A stretch of 64,000 nt of DNA from Eledone cirrhosa. Lineage: Eukaryota. A program made the position numbers and the translations under genes. The first letter of the stretch is position 1, and the number at the start of each line of letters is the position of its first letter. Where the stretch lies: positions 84,878,001-84,942,000 of the forward strand of contig OZ024747.1 in NCBI GenBank assembly GCA_964016885.1, given 5' to 3'. Under the pieces are notes generated by a model. That model had not been told where the DNA came from. It searched no databases and saw only the letters and a list, made by a program, of their open reading frames with translations. Positions 41,077 through 54,933 of the stretch are shown here, one piece after another.

Positions 41077-41999
41077 ATATATATATATATATATATATAT
41101 TTCCTGTCCGCTGAATTCTAGAAGTCTTATATATTTTTATGTGAGCTGATAGAGAACAGTTTAAGGATTTACAGAAACCCAAGAAGCTAGATTTAACATC
41201 TTCCTAGCGGGTCCGGGTATGCTTTTTACATTCATTTAATTTATTGAATTATTGAGATTTTTTATCTGAGTGTCCCGAATCTTCCGTAATCGCAAATTTT
41301 CGATCGTGCGGTTGATTGTAGACTTGTTCTGTGTGTGACGGTATTTTAACGATAGTTATAGCTCTGATTTATCTAAATCAGTGAGCACTCTGCCGCTCAT
41401 ATCGAATTTTGTTTATCGTGAACTCGTACGCCGATTTTTCGATACTCGATCATTCTTATATATATATATAGATATAGATATATATATACACACATATATA
41501 TTGAATTCTCGTTTCATTCACCAATGGAAACAAAAACAAACAAAAAAACGTTCATTCAAGTAGATTCATGGTCGGTGGAATGTTGTAGAATGACGTCTAA
41601 AGATTGATAGTAAGAAATATAAGAACGAAGGATGGGAGATGTTGGTGTTGTTGGTGTCGTTGGTGCTCATGATGCTGATGGGATTAGAGGTGATGATGGG
41701 GAGGTGGAAGTGGTGGAGGTCGTGGAGTTGGAGGTGGTGGTGGAGTTAGAGGTGGTGGTGGTTATGTTTATGGCTTTGTTAGTGGGGGCGGTGGTGGTGG
41801 AGTTAGAGGTGGTGGTTGTGTTTATGGCTTTGTTAGTGGGGGCGGTGGTGGTGGAGTAATAATAGTGATGGTGTTGGTGTGGGTGGTAGAGATGATAATA
41901 ATTGATTGTGAGTGTAACAGTAAAATATTAGTTAATAGCCTCCGGTCAGGTCTGATAGAGCAGAAAGTGGTGGGACGGAGAGGTTTGGTGTACACACAC

Positions 42000-42097
<98 letters not shown>

Positions 42098-42571
42098 CAT
42101 TAACACACACACATACACACTAACACACACACACACACACTAACATCTATAGTGATAGAAAGAGAGGGAGAGAGAAAGAGAGAGAATAGAGAGAAAGAGA
42201 GAGGGGAGAGAGAAGGAGAGAGAAAGAGAGAGGAGAGAGAAAGAGGAGAGAGAAAGAGGAGAGAGAAAGAGGAGAGAGAAAGAGAGAGAGAGAGAGAGAG
42301 ATAGATAGAGATCGATAGATAGATAGATAGAGAAAGAGTGAGTGAAGGAGGGGCAGACAGAAAAAAGGGGGAGAAAATAGGGGAGTTGAGAAAACTATTG
42401 TAAGGGCCCGGGTAATTATATTTATATGTATTGCATGTAATTTGAGAGGTACAGAGTTCGATTCCCTGTAGCAGCTAGATGGTCGCCATTTTCCCGTCTA
42501 TAGGTGTATTGTACCTGCTTTTTTTATGAGCTATGTTTACAGCTATTTTCCTGCATTCGAGATTTTCTACA

Positions 42572-42675
<104 letters not shown>

Positions 42676-42796
42676 ATTATGTAATAAACAACATAAGACA
42701 ATTATTCCATTTACCAGAGGTTTCACGAAGACAGACGAGCTCAACACAGACGTCTGAAATCGCTCATCAGAATGACAATTTAATATGGACGTATCA

Positions 42797-42865
42797 TCAT
42801 TCTGATGAGCGATTTCAGACGTCTCTGTTGAGCTCGTCTATCTTCGTGAAACCTCTGGTAAATGG
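42797..42865 (+). ncRNA. Type I hammerhead ribozyme in palindromic mini-element (mirror copy 42707-42775 on minus)
   Basis: tcatt CTGATGA gcga-tttc-agacg...cgtct-atct-tcgt GAAA cc-tct-gg TA aatgg; all three helices pair. Confidence 0.78.
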
Positions 42866-42933
42866 AATAATTCTCTTGTGTTGTTTATTAGTTCTGTAGC
42901 ATACATAGACCTTTACCCTTCCTACGGAAATAG

Positions 42934-42975
<42 letters not shown>

Positions 42976-43131
42976 CATTGTTTCATGTCCGTCTTTCCAT
43001 GCTTGCATGGGTTCGACGAATCCTCTCCAAAACAGCCTCCCTTTATTTTTTGCATCGTTATCTTCTCTGTGAGGTTCAGTGATTTGAAATCAGCTCTCAC
43101 TGACAAAGAAAGAGAAGGAGAAAAGAAGAAC

Positions 43132-43256
<125 letters not shown>

Positions 43257-43774
43257 ACAGACAGAGGTAGATAGTTATATAGCTAGGTGTATGTGTGTGT
43301 ACGTGTATATGTATATGTCTTCTGTGCAACATTTATGAATGTATGTGCGGTTCTCGAGTAATGTAAAGGCGAACGAGAAGGTAGGTGAAAGGTGAAGATA
43401 TTACAAGATTTGGTCAATAAAGTGTGAATTGAAAGAAGAGATTGCCGATCACAATATATCATCTTGGCACTATTTTACTTATTTGCTAATATTTCAATCA
43501 GTCAGGTTCCCTATTGATCTGTCTAGTTGACTGCATACCTGTCTGACTGCCTCACTGTCTGTCTGTTTCTTTCTTTCTCTCAACACACGCACACACATAT
43601 ATATATATTATATATTATATATATGACAAATAAGTTTGTTTTGAAACAGCGAGCGAGTTTGAAATTAGAAATAGAAGCTTTCGTCGCATCTTTTGACTAA
43701 AGAAATTTTAGCCTGATAGTGGGGTTTAGAACCCTGTAAGAAATGAATAAAGATGAGTATTGACATACATGTAC

Positions 43775-44545
43775 CGAGACTGCCTGATGAAGATCCTACA
43801 GGCTTATGGAATCCCCAAGAAGACAGTGGACCTGATATCTCTGCTCTACACCAACACCAGAGCCCATGTAATCACACTGGTTCTTTGAGATACTGGCTGG
43901 AGTGCTCCAGGGCGATATATTGGTCCCCTACCTTTTCATCATCGCAGTGGATTTTGTCCACTGGAGAAACACCAGGACTCGAGTAACACTAGCTCAGAGG
44001 AGGAGAGTTAAGGCTAAAAAGATATCAAATGCTAAATTGGCTGACGACATAGCTCTGGTGACAAACACAGTAAAGGAGACAGAGGAGTTGATGCGAAGGT
44101 GGAGACTGTGTCGATGAGTGCTGGGCTGAGAATGAATGGGAGTAAGACAAAGTATCTGGTAGAGAACATCAAAGGACCAGAAAAGATTATGAATGTGGGC
44201 GAGAAGCCGCTAGATTTGGTTAAGGACTTCTTGTATCTGGGAGCAAAGATTAGGAACACAGAGGAGGATGTAGTGGAGAGGAAGAGCAAAGCCTAGGTGG
44301 TTTATCACAGTTTGAGGTCGGTGTGGAAGTCGGACCTTTGTAAAGACTCGAAGATCCGTCTCTTCCTCGTTACAGTAGAGTCTGTACTGCTGTACGGGCC
44401 TGAGACTTGGACTCTGACCATGAGACTCAATTAGATGGTAAATGGGTGCTACATGAGGATGCTGAGGATGGCTCTAAATATTAACCAGTACGCACTTAGG
44501 ATGAAGAACTCAGAGCTGTACGGGAGTCCTCCAAAAGTGCATCGC
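43775..44545 (+). mobile_element. RTE-clade LINE RT fragment
   Basis: KILQAYGIP, GVLQGDILVPYLFII, LADDIAL, DFLYLG, TVESVLLYGPETWTLT; frameshifted. Confidence 0.85.
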
Positions 44546-44599
44546 TCATCCAGCATACATATCCAGATCTTGCCCCATCGTAATTGAACTTCAAGTGTT

Positions 44600-45230
44600 G
44601 AGTTAAAGAGAGATAAACTCTACAGGCACGGAAGTGCAGTCAGACGGAGATGCACGCAGAACGACGAAAGCGTTCTGCACGCACTCGTCCAGTATTCGTG
44701 CATTACTGACTTGTTGAGTTATGTTGAACAGCTGTTGTCATGTGTAGTACGGATCAGGCTATTGACCAAGTCCATAGTGAAGATCACCCAGGGAAGGCAG
44801 GCAGTTTTCCTCTGTCTGGTGGCGGTAGCAAAAGAGGCTGCGTAGTGGATGATGTTGAAAGGACTGAAGACAGTCACTTTTCTTTTCGGCCAATCCCTCA
44901 TCAACCTTTTCAAGTCTAACTTGGAAAGGAAGGTGAGGGTGTACAGAGAAGTGCTGCCCCCAGTACATTTGCTAAAAGGTGGGTGAATGTAGCGAGAATG
45001 ACCAGTGTAAATGGGCCTACTCTGAGCACGCGCCAGTAGGCTGGTTAATTTGAGGATGAGAGGGGAGCCCTCGAAGCGTCGGGTTGGTTCAGGATTGGTG
45101 GGGTACCTGAGTATCCCCCTGAGTTGTTCTCCCCCCTAATGGGGAATTTATTTGTTATATTTTTTATTGTTTATTGCTTTTCTTAACTTGTTTTTTACTC
45201 GATTTTATGTAACCCCCCACTGTCCCTGGT
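44600..45230 (+). mobile_element. Tx1/L1-clade LINE 3' fragment
   Basis: Degenerate zinc-knuckle region (ESVLHALVQ) followed by AVFLCLVAVAKE...RWVNVARM; homologous to 36598-37084. Confidence 0.65.
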
Positions 45231-45862
45231 TTGGAGGTCATATTCCTTGATAACTCGCGAAAAAGAAGACCGTTGGGAAAACTCCGAGGATGGGGGTTAT
45301 CTGGGGGAAAAAACTTGAGTGCCAGAATCTTGGAAGTTAGATTAGTTGATAACACACGGAAAAACCGAGGATAAAATGTTTCCTACTGAAATCGAGTAGG
45401 GTGTTCTATAATAATGATTTCTTTATTAACTGCAAAGGGTTTACAAAGAATACATTAAGGGCAGCAAAGGGCAGTAATGGACGGTACAGGACGGTACAGA
45501 GCGGGTTTCTGTGTGTAAAAAGAATACAGGAAACGATAATTAAAAAAAAACAACTCTAAATTAAAACAAAAGAAAAAAATCCAGAATAGGGGCGAGTCGT
45601 GGTATACTCGCGGTGAAAGCCCCAAACAACCACGTCACCCTGACCGTTAGGGCAAGCGCCCTCACCCAGTTGTCCTCCAATACTAATGCCTATAATAATA
45701 ATTGTTTTTACTTTTGGCTCAAGGCCAGCAATTATCTCAGTGCATTACTGGTACTTTATTTTATTGACCTCGTGAGGATGAAAGCAAAGTTAACCTCGGC
45801 AGGATTTGAACTCAGACCGTAAAGGGCCACAACTCTATGCTGCAAAAGTTATATAATAATGC

Positions 45863-45914
<52 letters not shown>

Positions 45915-46379
45915 TATATATATATATGTGTGTTTGTGTGAGTATGCAAACAGAGAATGAGAGCGACAGAGCGGGAGAGAGGGAGAGAGAGTTAAAGAGA
46001 AAGACATATGGATAACTAACTAGTTAGATAGATATATAGATAGATAGAGATGCAGGCATATATGTGTACACGTGTGTACACATCCAGCTAACTATGCTCA
46101 CACACACACGCGCACACACACACACACACGCGCACACACACACACGCGCACATATGATGAGATTTTGCAGTTTCCGTCTCTCAAATTCCACGTCAACCAG
46201 TGACTATAACAGCAGATATTTGCCCAAGGTACTGCGCAGCGGGACAGAGGCACGTGGTTGTAAAATGAACTTCTATATATTAATATGTATATATATATAT
46301 ATATATATAGTTTTAATATAGATGAGATTCTACAGGACTAGAACTGTTTCATTCTTTAGAAATCATCAGGAATCGCAGG

Positions 46380-46428
46380 GATTCCTGATGATTTCTAAAG
46401 AATGAAACAGTTCTAGTCCTGTAGAATC
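46380..46428 (+). ncRNA. Type I hammerhead ribozyme in palindromic mini-element (mirror copy 46326-46374 on minus)
   Basis: gattc CTGATGA tttc-taaa-gaat GAAA cag-ttctagtc-ctg TA gaatc; U-U mismatch at the base of stem II. Confidence 0.75.
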
Positions 46429-46514
46429 TCATCTATATTAAAAACTTTTTATACTCTGCTATGTATTGAGTAACCTTACTTACTGTGGTTACCTCCGATT
46501 CAACCCGGAATAAC

Positions 46515-46717
<203 letters not shown>

Positions 46718-47057
46718 GATATATATATATATGAAGGATATATATAAATATATATATATGAAATATATATATATGAAATATATATATAAATATATATATA
46801 TGAAATATATGGCTGAGTAGTTAGAGAATTGGATTCGCAATCGTGAGGTTGTGAGTTCGATTCCTGGACCAGGCTATGCGTTATGTCCTTGAGCAAGACA
46901 CTTTATTTCACGTTGCTCCTTCTACCTGGAAGTTGCGACCGATAGATAGTATTAGCAATTGGAAAGACCAACGGGAAACATTGTTCCCTCGGTCCGATTT
47001 GACGAAAGTCGATCGTTCCTTTTATATATATAAATATATAAATATATATATATATAA

Positions 47058-47088
<31 letters not shown>

Positions 47089-47110
47089 AATATATAAATA
47101 TATATGAAAA

Positions 47111-47143
<33 letters not shown>

Positions 47144-47695
47144 CTGAAAGTAGCATAAAAAAAGTGCCCCAAAACGTGGAGAAATGAGGCAAAATAGGGA
47201 GATTTTACATAATTGTTTCTGCTTTAGGCACAAGGCCAGCAATTATCCAGTGCATTACTGGTACTTTATTTTATCGACCCCGTAAGGATGAAAGGCAAAG
47301 TCAACCTCGGCGAGATTTGAACTCAGATCGTAAAGGGACGTAACTATGCTGGAAAGCATGGCGTCCGACCCTCTACCGATACTGCCACCCATTTTCACAA
47401 GAGAAGACATCTCTCACCCACCCCAAAAAGGGTGGGAGATCTCACTCTCGGGCGGGGAGAGTTGACAGGTTTGATATATGTACGTATGTACTTACACACA
47501 CACAAACACACACACAAACACACACACATATATATGGTGAGATAGAGATATAGAGATAGAAAGGGAGATAAAGACATGCAGGCATATGTACATCTTACAC
47601 GTGTGTACACATCCATACATACATACATACATATGTACATATGTACATACATGCATACATATATGCATACATACATACATACATACATACATACA

Positions 47696-47726
<31 letters not shown>

Positions 47727-48091
47727 GTACATACCATACATACATACATATGTACATACATGCATATGTACATACATACATACATGCATTACATACATAC
47801 TACATACATACATACATACATATGTACATACTACATACATATGTACATATGTACATATGTACATACATACATACATACATATGTACATACATACATGCGT
47901 ACATACATACATATGTACATACATATGTACATTACATACATGCGTACATACATACATACATGCATACATACATATATATGTACATACATACATACATATG
48001 TACATACATACATACACACATGTACATACATACATGCATACATACATATATGTACATACATATATACATACATATATACATATATACATAC

Positions 48092-48430
48092 ATCAGAAAA
48101 ATACAGGAGAAGGAGGACATCTACGGACCATTGATGAGGAGTTTACAAATCCAGTATCCAAGATACACCTTTAGCTTCATACCCATCATTATTGGAGCTA
48201 CGGGTTATATACCAACCCGCTTGGACCAAAGTATGACTGAACTTGGATTTGCGGACAAAGAGCGCAGCTCCCTAATTCATAGTCTACAAATGACTGCGAT
48301 AGCTGGCACCTTCAAAATTTGCAAAACATTCTTGCGATTCAAGGGATGACAATTTCTTTTCTTTTACAACCTTGCCACCAGGAAGGTGGCCGGTCAAAAA
48401 AATATACTCGAAATTAAGAGAAAGAGAAAA
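48092..48430 (+). mobile_element. 3' fragment of a related R4/Dong element within (TACA)n
   Basis: EKEDIYGPLMRSLQIQYPRYTFSFIPIIIGATGYIP...ICKTFL; long (TACA)n arrays on both sides. Confidence 0.8.
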
Positions 48431-48556
48431 CATACATACACATATGTACATACATATATACACATATATACATATATACATATATACATATATACATACA
48501 TATGTACATACACACACACATACATACATACATACATACATACACACATACATACA

Positions 48557-48588
<32 letters not shown>

Positions 48589-49928
48589 CATTGACATATT
48601 GCACATATCTGCATTTTGTAGTGCATGACTCATTCAGAACAGATGCAGTCTTTCCAGACCACCCACATTTTACTGTCACCTCTTGCTGTGAGCCTATTCT
48701 ACTGTATCAGTGTTGTTGTTGTTGTTGTTTAGCTTCTTCTTCCAGCCATGCCCATCCCATCTGAATTCCATACAATATATCTAGAAATACGTTATAGACA
48801 GTCTCCTCAGGTGTAAATTAAAGCGGGGAAACACTTTGAGTAGAACGGTTTGCGGTATTCTGTTCTGCTTTCTCTGTTCTCGGAGTTCAAATTCCACCGA
48901 AGTCGGCTTTATCTTTCATCCTTTCGAGTTCGATAAATAAAAGTATCAGTTCAATATTTAGGCCGACTTTTCCTCTTTCTCGTTATCTTTCTCTTTCAGA
49001 GGGCAGGGATTTGGCAGAATCGGTAGACATCGGACAAAATGCTTTGTGCTATTTAATTACGGACTCTTATGTTCTGAGTTCAAATTTCGCCGAGGTCGAC
49101 TTTGCCTATCCTACAGGGATCGATAAAATAAAGTACCAGTAAAGTACTGGGAGTGGATATAGTCGACTCTTCCCACCCACACATTGCGGCCTTGTACCTA
49201 AATAATACATTTTTATTTCTCACTTTCTCTCTTCCCCTTCTCTTCTGTATTCAGATCTGGAGAAGAATAGGCTCCTCCAGGTTTAGATGTTCAAGATAGG
49301 CGGAATAACACCCACGGTGGCCCTACACTTCCATCAGCAGTTCGAGGCCCCAAGGAGTGTGACTTGAGAGAGATATGATGGCTATTTCTAACAAGTTGAT
49401 CGGTCACATAGAGTGTGGTTCCTAGAGATTTTGATAATGGTTTTTAGCAAATTGAATAAGCTACGTAGAGGCTCGTCCGACTTTTCTTCTGAATCCATGT
49501 TTTACTTTCCCCCTCTGTCCCCCTTTTCTCTCTGTGTCTGTCACCCCAGCTCTCTTATTCATTGGAAGAAATCCGTTGTGTTCAGATATGAAACACAACG
49601 GGCTCCGCCAGGTTTAAAGGCTCAAGAAACGCCGTACATCTCTACGGCATTGTAACAACTCTATCTCGGGTGTTAAAGGCCTATGACATAGAATTGCAAA
49701 TTTTGATATATTTACAAGTTTTGATATATAGGTATCAGAGTTGTTAGAACATCGGATGGAATGATTTGCCCTCAACGTTCAAATCCCACCAGAGTCAGCT
49801 TTACCTTTCATTCTATCGAGTTCGATAAATAAAATACCAGTGCAAGACTGGTATTGATTCTTCCGTTGTATATCTTGCTCCATTTCTCTTACTCTTTGGA
49901 AATATTGACTTTTTCCATATACGGAAAG

Positions 49929-50096
49929 TAGTGTCAGATTTAGGACAAATGAGGCCCTGTGCTAATTAAGTTATGAGGCCCCCAAATATTTGAAAAATTC
50001 ATCATAAAAAATCATTTGGCAGGAAGATGCCCCCCTACCTGGCCAACGGGGCCCTGTGTTTAAGCACACCTAAGCACAATGGTAAATATGGCATTG
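49929..50096. mobile_element. hAT (Tip100-like) MITE
   Basis: 8-bp TSD ACGGAAAG; ends TAGTGTCAGATTTA / TAAATATGGCATTG; internal gaggccc motifs. Confidence 0.8.
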
Positions 50097-50433
50097 ACGG
50101 AAAGAGATAGGCTCCGTCAGGTTTAAATGCTCTAGACATGATGTCACCCCTACGACTTCACCAATAGTTAAAGGTCCACGGACGGAAGTTTTGTTCAAGT
50201 GAAATTTGCTCACTTTGAAATCGGTATTCTTACTTTAATCAGGTATGTGCTCACTTAGAAGTCGTTATACTCACTTCGGAGTGTAATATGTGTTAATTTA
50301 GAGTTAGACACATCAATAGTTATTGTATATTCACACTAATGTGGTTCAAAAATGTACCAAGTCCTCGCTTAGTTTGAAGTAATCATACACAGTAGCCCAC
50401 CTCTCTCCCTCTTTCTCCCCCCCCCCCACACAC

Positions 50434-50467
<34 letters not shown>

Positions 50468-51109
50468 CAGGCATTGAAATGGCGAAACTTGCGTTCTGAG
50501 TTCAAATCTAACTAAAGACAATATATTTTTTCATCAAATGGTACTAATAAGTTAGGCATTGCTTAGGTCAATACATGTCAAAACTATTATATATACCAAA
50601 GATATGGGTTGATCAGAGGCTGTAGTAAAAGACACTTGCCCGAGATGCCATGCAGTGGCTGTGAACCCGAAACCACACGGTCATTAAGCGAACAACTTAA
50701 CCACAACCATACACATTCCTCCATAAATGTGTGTGTGTGTCTGGGTATTAGGAAAGGACCTTCTTCTGTCATGATTGAACATAGGTTTGCCTCTTCGAGA
50801 TAGAGGCCTAGACAACGTGTTTTGTGGAGGACCAACAGGTACCCATTCGTATAAGTCTCCTCTCTGTCCATCGCTAATGTCGTCCAACGGAAAGAAAGAT
50901 AAAGCCTGATGCAGTTTGGCACCGGTATCGTCGCAACTCATTTTTTTTTTTTTTAAGCCGAGTGAAATAAAATGTCTTGTTTAAGGATACATCGCACCGC
51001 TCGGCCCGGGAATCGAACTTATGACTTTTAAGATTACGATCTCAAACACCCAAGCCACTAAGCCACACTCGTATTCACAGGTGGATATAAAAGCAAGAGA
51101 AAATGCGAT

Positions 51110-51326
51110 AATAAAGAAAGAAAAAGGGAAAGAAAGAAAAAAGGAAAGAAAGAAAAAGGAAATGAAGAAAGAAAAAAGGAAAGAAAGAAAAAGGAAAGGA
51201 AGAAAGAAAGAAAAAAAAGAAGAAAGAAGAAAGAAGAAAGAAGAAAGAAGAAAGAAGAAAGAAGAAAGAAGAAAGAAGAAAGAAGAAAGAAAGAAAAAAG
51301 AAAGAAAGAAAGAAAGAAAGAAAGAG

Positions 51327-51405
<79 letters not shown>

Positions 51406-51410
51406 AATCA
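51110..51410. repeat. (GAAA)n purine tract
   Basis: Direct inspection. Confidence 0.95.
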
Positions 51411-53390
51411 CATAGAAAAAACACGAAAAAGAAAAAAGATATAGAGAAAAGAAAATAGATTTAAAAAAAAAATACTTTAAAAAAATACTTTACCCCAAAT
51501 AGAGAATTGGCTCGGCCGAAAAACAGTGAACATATGAGTAGTAAGATGCAGGTTGAACAATAGCGCAACATCATGTTTTCCATCTTAACTGGTCTTTTAT
51601 TTCAATGGTATGTGTTATAATAGATTTTCCACCAAGTATCACCGAAGTATATTATAAGCTCTCTCTCTTTTTTTTTCCCTCTATCGTTGTAATAAAATTG
51701 TTGTTAGTTGTTTGTTGTCGGTCGGTTGTAATGATAAAGACTGCGGATTCTTGTCAAATAGTAATCCTTGTTTGCTTTCGTTTATTTATTTATTTTTTGA
51801 CAGACGATTTTAAAAACAACTTCTTAAGTGCTCTCTGAATGAGTATGACTGCGTATTGTTGATAAACAAAGAGTGTGTAAGTCGGTTTACGTATATATGT
51901 GTGTATGTGTGTTGTGTAGCCGTAGTTTTGTTAGCTTCTCGTACGTAATTTGTGAATTAAAGAAAAACAGCAACGACGACTAAGGAAGCAAAAAATATAA
52001 TAAAAAAGAAAACAGCCACAAACAAAACTACGAAACAATAGAATTACTTTAAATGAAATGCGGCTGTTGATGTTGAGCTTATAGTAGCTGCTGCTGCTGC
52101 TACTACTACTACTACTACTACTACTTGCTGTTGTTGTTGTTGTTGCAGCTTCTGATGCCGCTGTTACTGCAGCGACTGCCGATGTTACAAGTTAGGTGAG
52201 TGTAAATTGTCGGGTCCAAAAATAAATAACACAGACAGATAGACAATGTTATTAATGAATGAAGTGAATGTGTAAACACACATATATATATAGTAGTATT
52301 AAACGATTGGATTATGTAATGTTACACGACACACAGCTATACATCGGATATATATATATATATATGTACGTAAATATATAAATATGTAAATAGTTATATA
52401 TAATATTATAATGTCATATATATACTATAATATGATATATAAATGTATATATATATATATATATGATTGTATAATTATATATATATAATTATATATATAA
52501 TTATATATATATAATTATATATAGAGAGAGAATGTGTATAAATATATAAATATGTGTAGTAAAGTGGCTAACTTTTGAATGATCTTCAGAGAAGCAGGTG
52601 GTGAGAGCTTAAATATCTGCCTGCAAAAGGCGGAGCTTCTAAATCCGCCCACTCTCTTTAAATGTCTACGGTCCCCCCCCCCCCCAAAAAAATCATGAAA
52701 TGGCCACCCCCGTCTAAAAGCCCTTCCCTCCTCTGTCAGCTGTTTAATATGTAATTGCATTTGTATGTAGTAATGTCCTAAAAATTATAACCGCACACGC
52801 GCGCGCGCGTGTGTGTGTGTATAAATTTTGTGTATTTTTGAGGTATTTGAATATGGCTACTTTTTTTAGTAAATTGTGTGTGTGTATGTGTGAATACGCG
52901 CGTGCGAGCGCGCATGTGTGTGTGTGTGTGTGTGTGTAAAGTACGTGACTTAGTGGTTAGTGTGTTGGACTCACACCCATAAAATCGTAAGTTCGATTTC
53001 CGGATCACGAGACACGTTGTTTCCTTGAGCAAGACAATTTATTTCACGTTATTCCTGACCATTCAGCTGGGGAAGAATGAGTTCCGAGGTCACTGGTACC
53101 AAGCTGAATTGACCTTTGTCTTTCCTTTGGACACCATTAGTGGTGTGTGAGGTGGGAAGACTGCTTGTGACTGCTTGCCTTCCACAAGATACCTATAGCC
53201 AATCATGACTGAAGGTAGTTTTCTATAAATAATATATAGCTGAATGTTTAAGGAATTAACTTCGCAACCAGTTGGTTCCGCGTTCAGTTCCACTTGGCGG
53301 CACCTTCATCAAATGTCTTCTTCTATAGCCTAGTGAGTGAAATTTGGTAAACGGAAACCGCAGAAACCCGTCGTGTGTGTGTGTGTGTGC

Positions 53391-53449
<59 letters not shown>

Positions 53450-53706
53450 CAAATAAATTATCGAGAATCGGAACCTCGGCCCACGAAATAACGAAACACA
53501 ATCTTCGAAATGTGTGGCAAAGTGCTCAATAGTTTGGATAAACCAGAGCTATAACTAACGTTTAATACCAACACACTGAGACGATGCTTAAACAATCATT
53601 CGCACAGCCGAAAATACGACCAAGAAAATTCGGGTCAGACAAAATTTTTCAAAAATGGCGTAGGATAGAAGAAAGGAAAGGCACAGAAACGAAGAAAGGA
53701 ATCCCC

Positions 53707-53751
53707 AGTCACTGAAGAGGTCACAGAGTGTGTGACGAAAGGACTATGACT
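53707..53751 (+). ncRNA. Minimal type I hammerhead ribozyme abutting (TA)n
   Basis: agtca CTGAAGA g-gtcac-agagtgt-gtgac GAAA ggac TA tgact; 5-bp stem I, 5-bp stem II with one extra G, very short stem III. Confidence 0.65.
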
Positions 53752-53909
53752 ATATATAAACAACTATCTGGTTGTGGAACCAACCAACCAACCAGAAATT
53801 TATAAGTTTGTAAATTTGTAAATTTATAAATTTATAAATATATAATAAATTGAAGTGAAAGCAACTGGTGCGTGTGTTTCTTATTGGCAACATGACCCTC
53901 CCAAAGTAT

Positions 53910-53948
<39 letters not shown>

Positions 53949-53952
<4 letters not shown>

Positions 53953-53984
53953 CTCGATATGGTGAACTAACTGTTGTGCTACTA

Positions 53985-54047
<63 letters not shown>

Positions 54048-54115
54048 TGTATATGTGGTAGCACAGCAGTTAGTTCACCATATCGAGAACAATTGTTTCA
54101 CCTTATGCGGATAAC
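53949..54115. mobile_element. Tail-to-tail pLTR-like ends around (TA)n with a hammerhead 3' half
   Basis: Arms 53949-53985 and 54055-54091; the minus strand reads GAAA caattg TT ctcga (palindromic stem III). Confidence 0.55.
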
Positions 54116-54116
54116 C

Positions 54117-54208
<92 letters not shown>

Positions 54209-54268
54209 ATTATGTATATATATAGAGAGAGAAAGAGCCATTATATTGTTAGAGAAACACGGTATTTT

Positions 54269-54313
<45 letters not shown>

Positions 54314-54894
54314 GCATATATTTAGTAGATATTTTAAGGTGAAGAAGTTCTTATTTTCCTTATGGTACCGTAAACCGAATCAAGAATCGATCTAAGTAAT
54401 TGATTATCGATTACCAACTCTCGATTTTGGTAAAGCTATGGAAGACGCAAAACTAATCATAAGAGGAATTATCTTTGGAAAAATTTCAATAAACTACAAA
54501 ATAGCTTTATATCTGTTGGGATGGGAGAGTCAACCAAAACTATAGACCGCAAGTGTGAAGAACTTTTTAACTATGGCGGCAGATACAAATAGGACTGAAC
54601 GTTGTATCCGCTAGAAAGAGGCACAAAGTACTAATCACAGTATAAGCAGCTCAACATATTAAGAATTTGGAACAGTTAAATATTAAGTTAAGGTATCGTA
54701 ACATATAATATATATGATGATTATGTTTCTCAGTAGAAAAGCTCAATGGACGTTTGTCCAGAGCATCAATAATTCCACCTCTTTTCAATGGTGCATCCTC
54801 AGATTTAGAAGATAGAGTTTATAAAAAGCTAGTACTCACCTAGATTGTTTTGAAATCCCTAACTCCTCGGCACCAAAGCCCAGTGACGGGTCTG

Positions 54895-54933
<39 letters not shown>

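Noticed and set aside
41632-41859. Val/Glu/Gly-rich ORF
   Set aside because: Degenerate (GGT)n repeat with an internal duplication.
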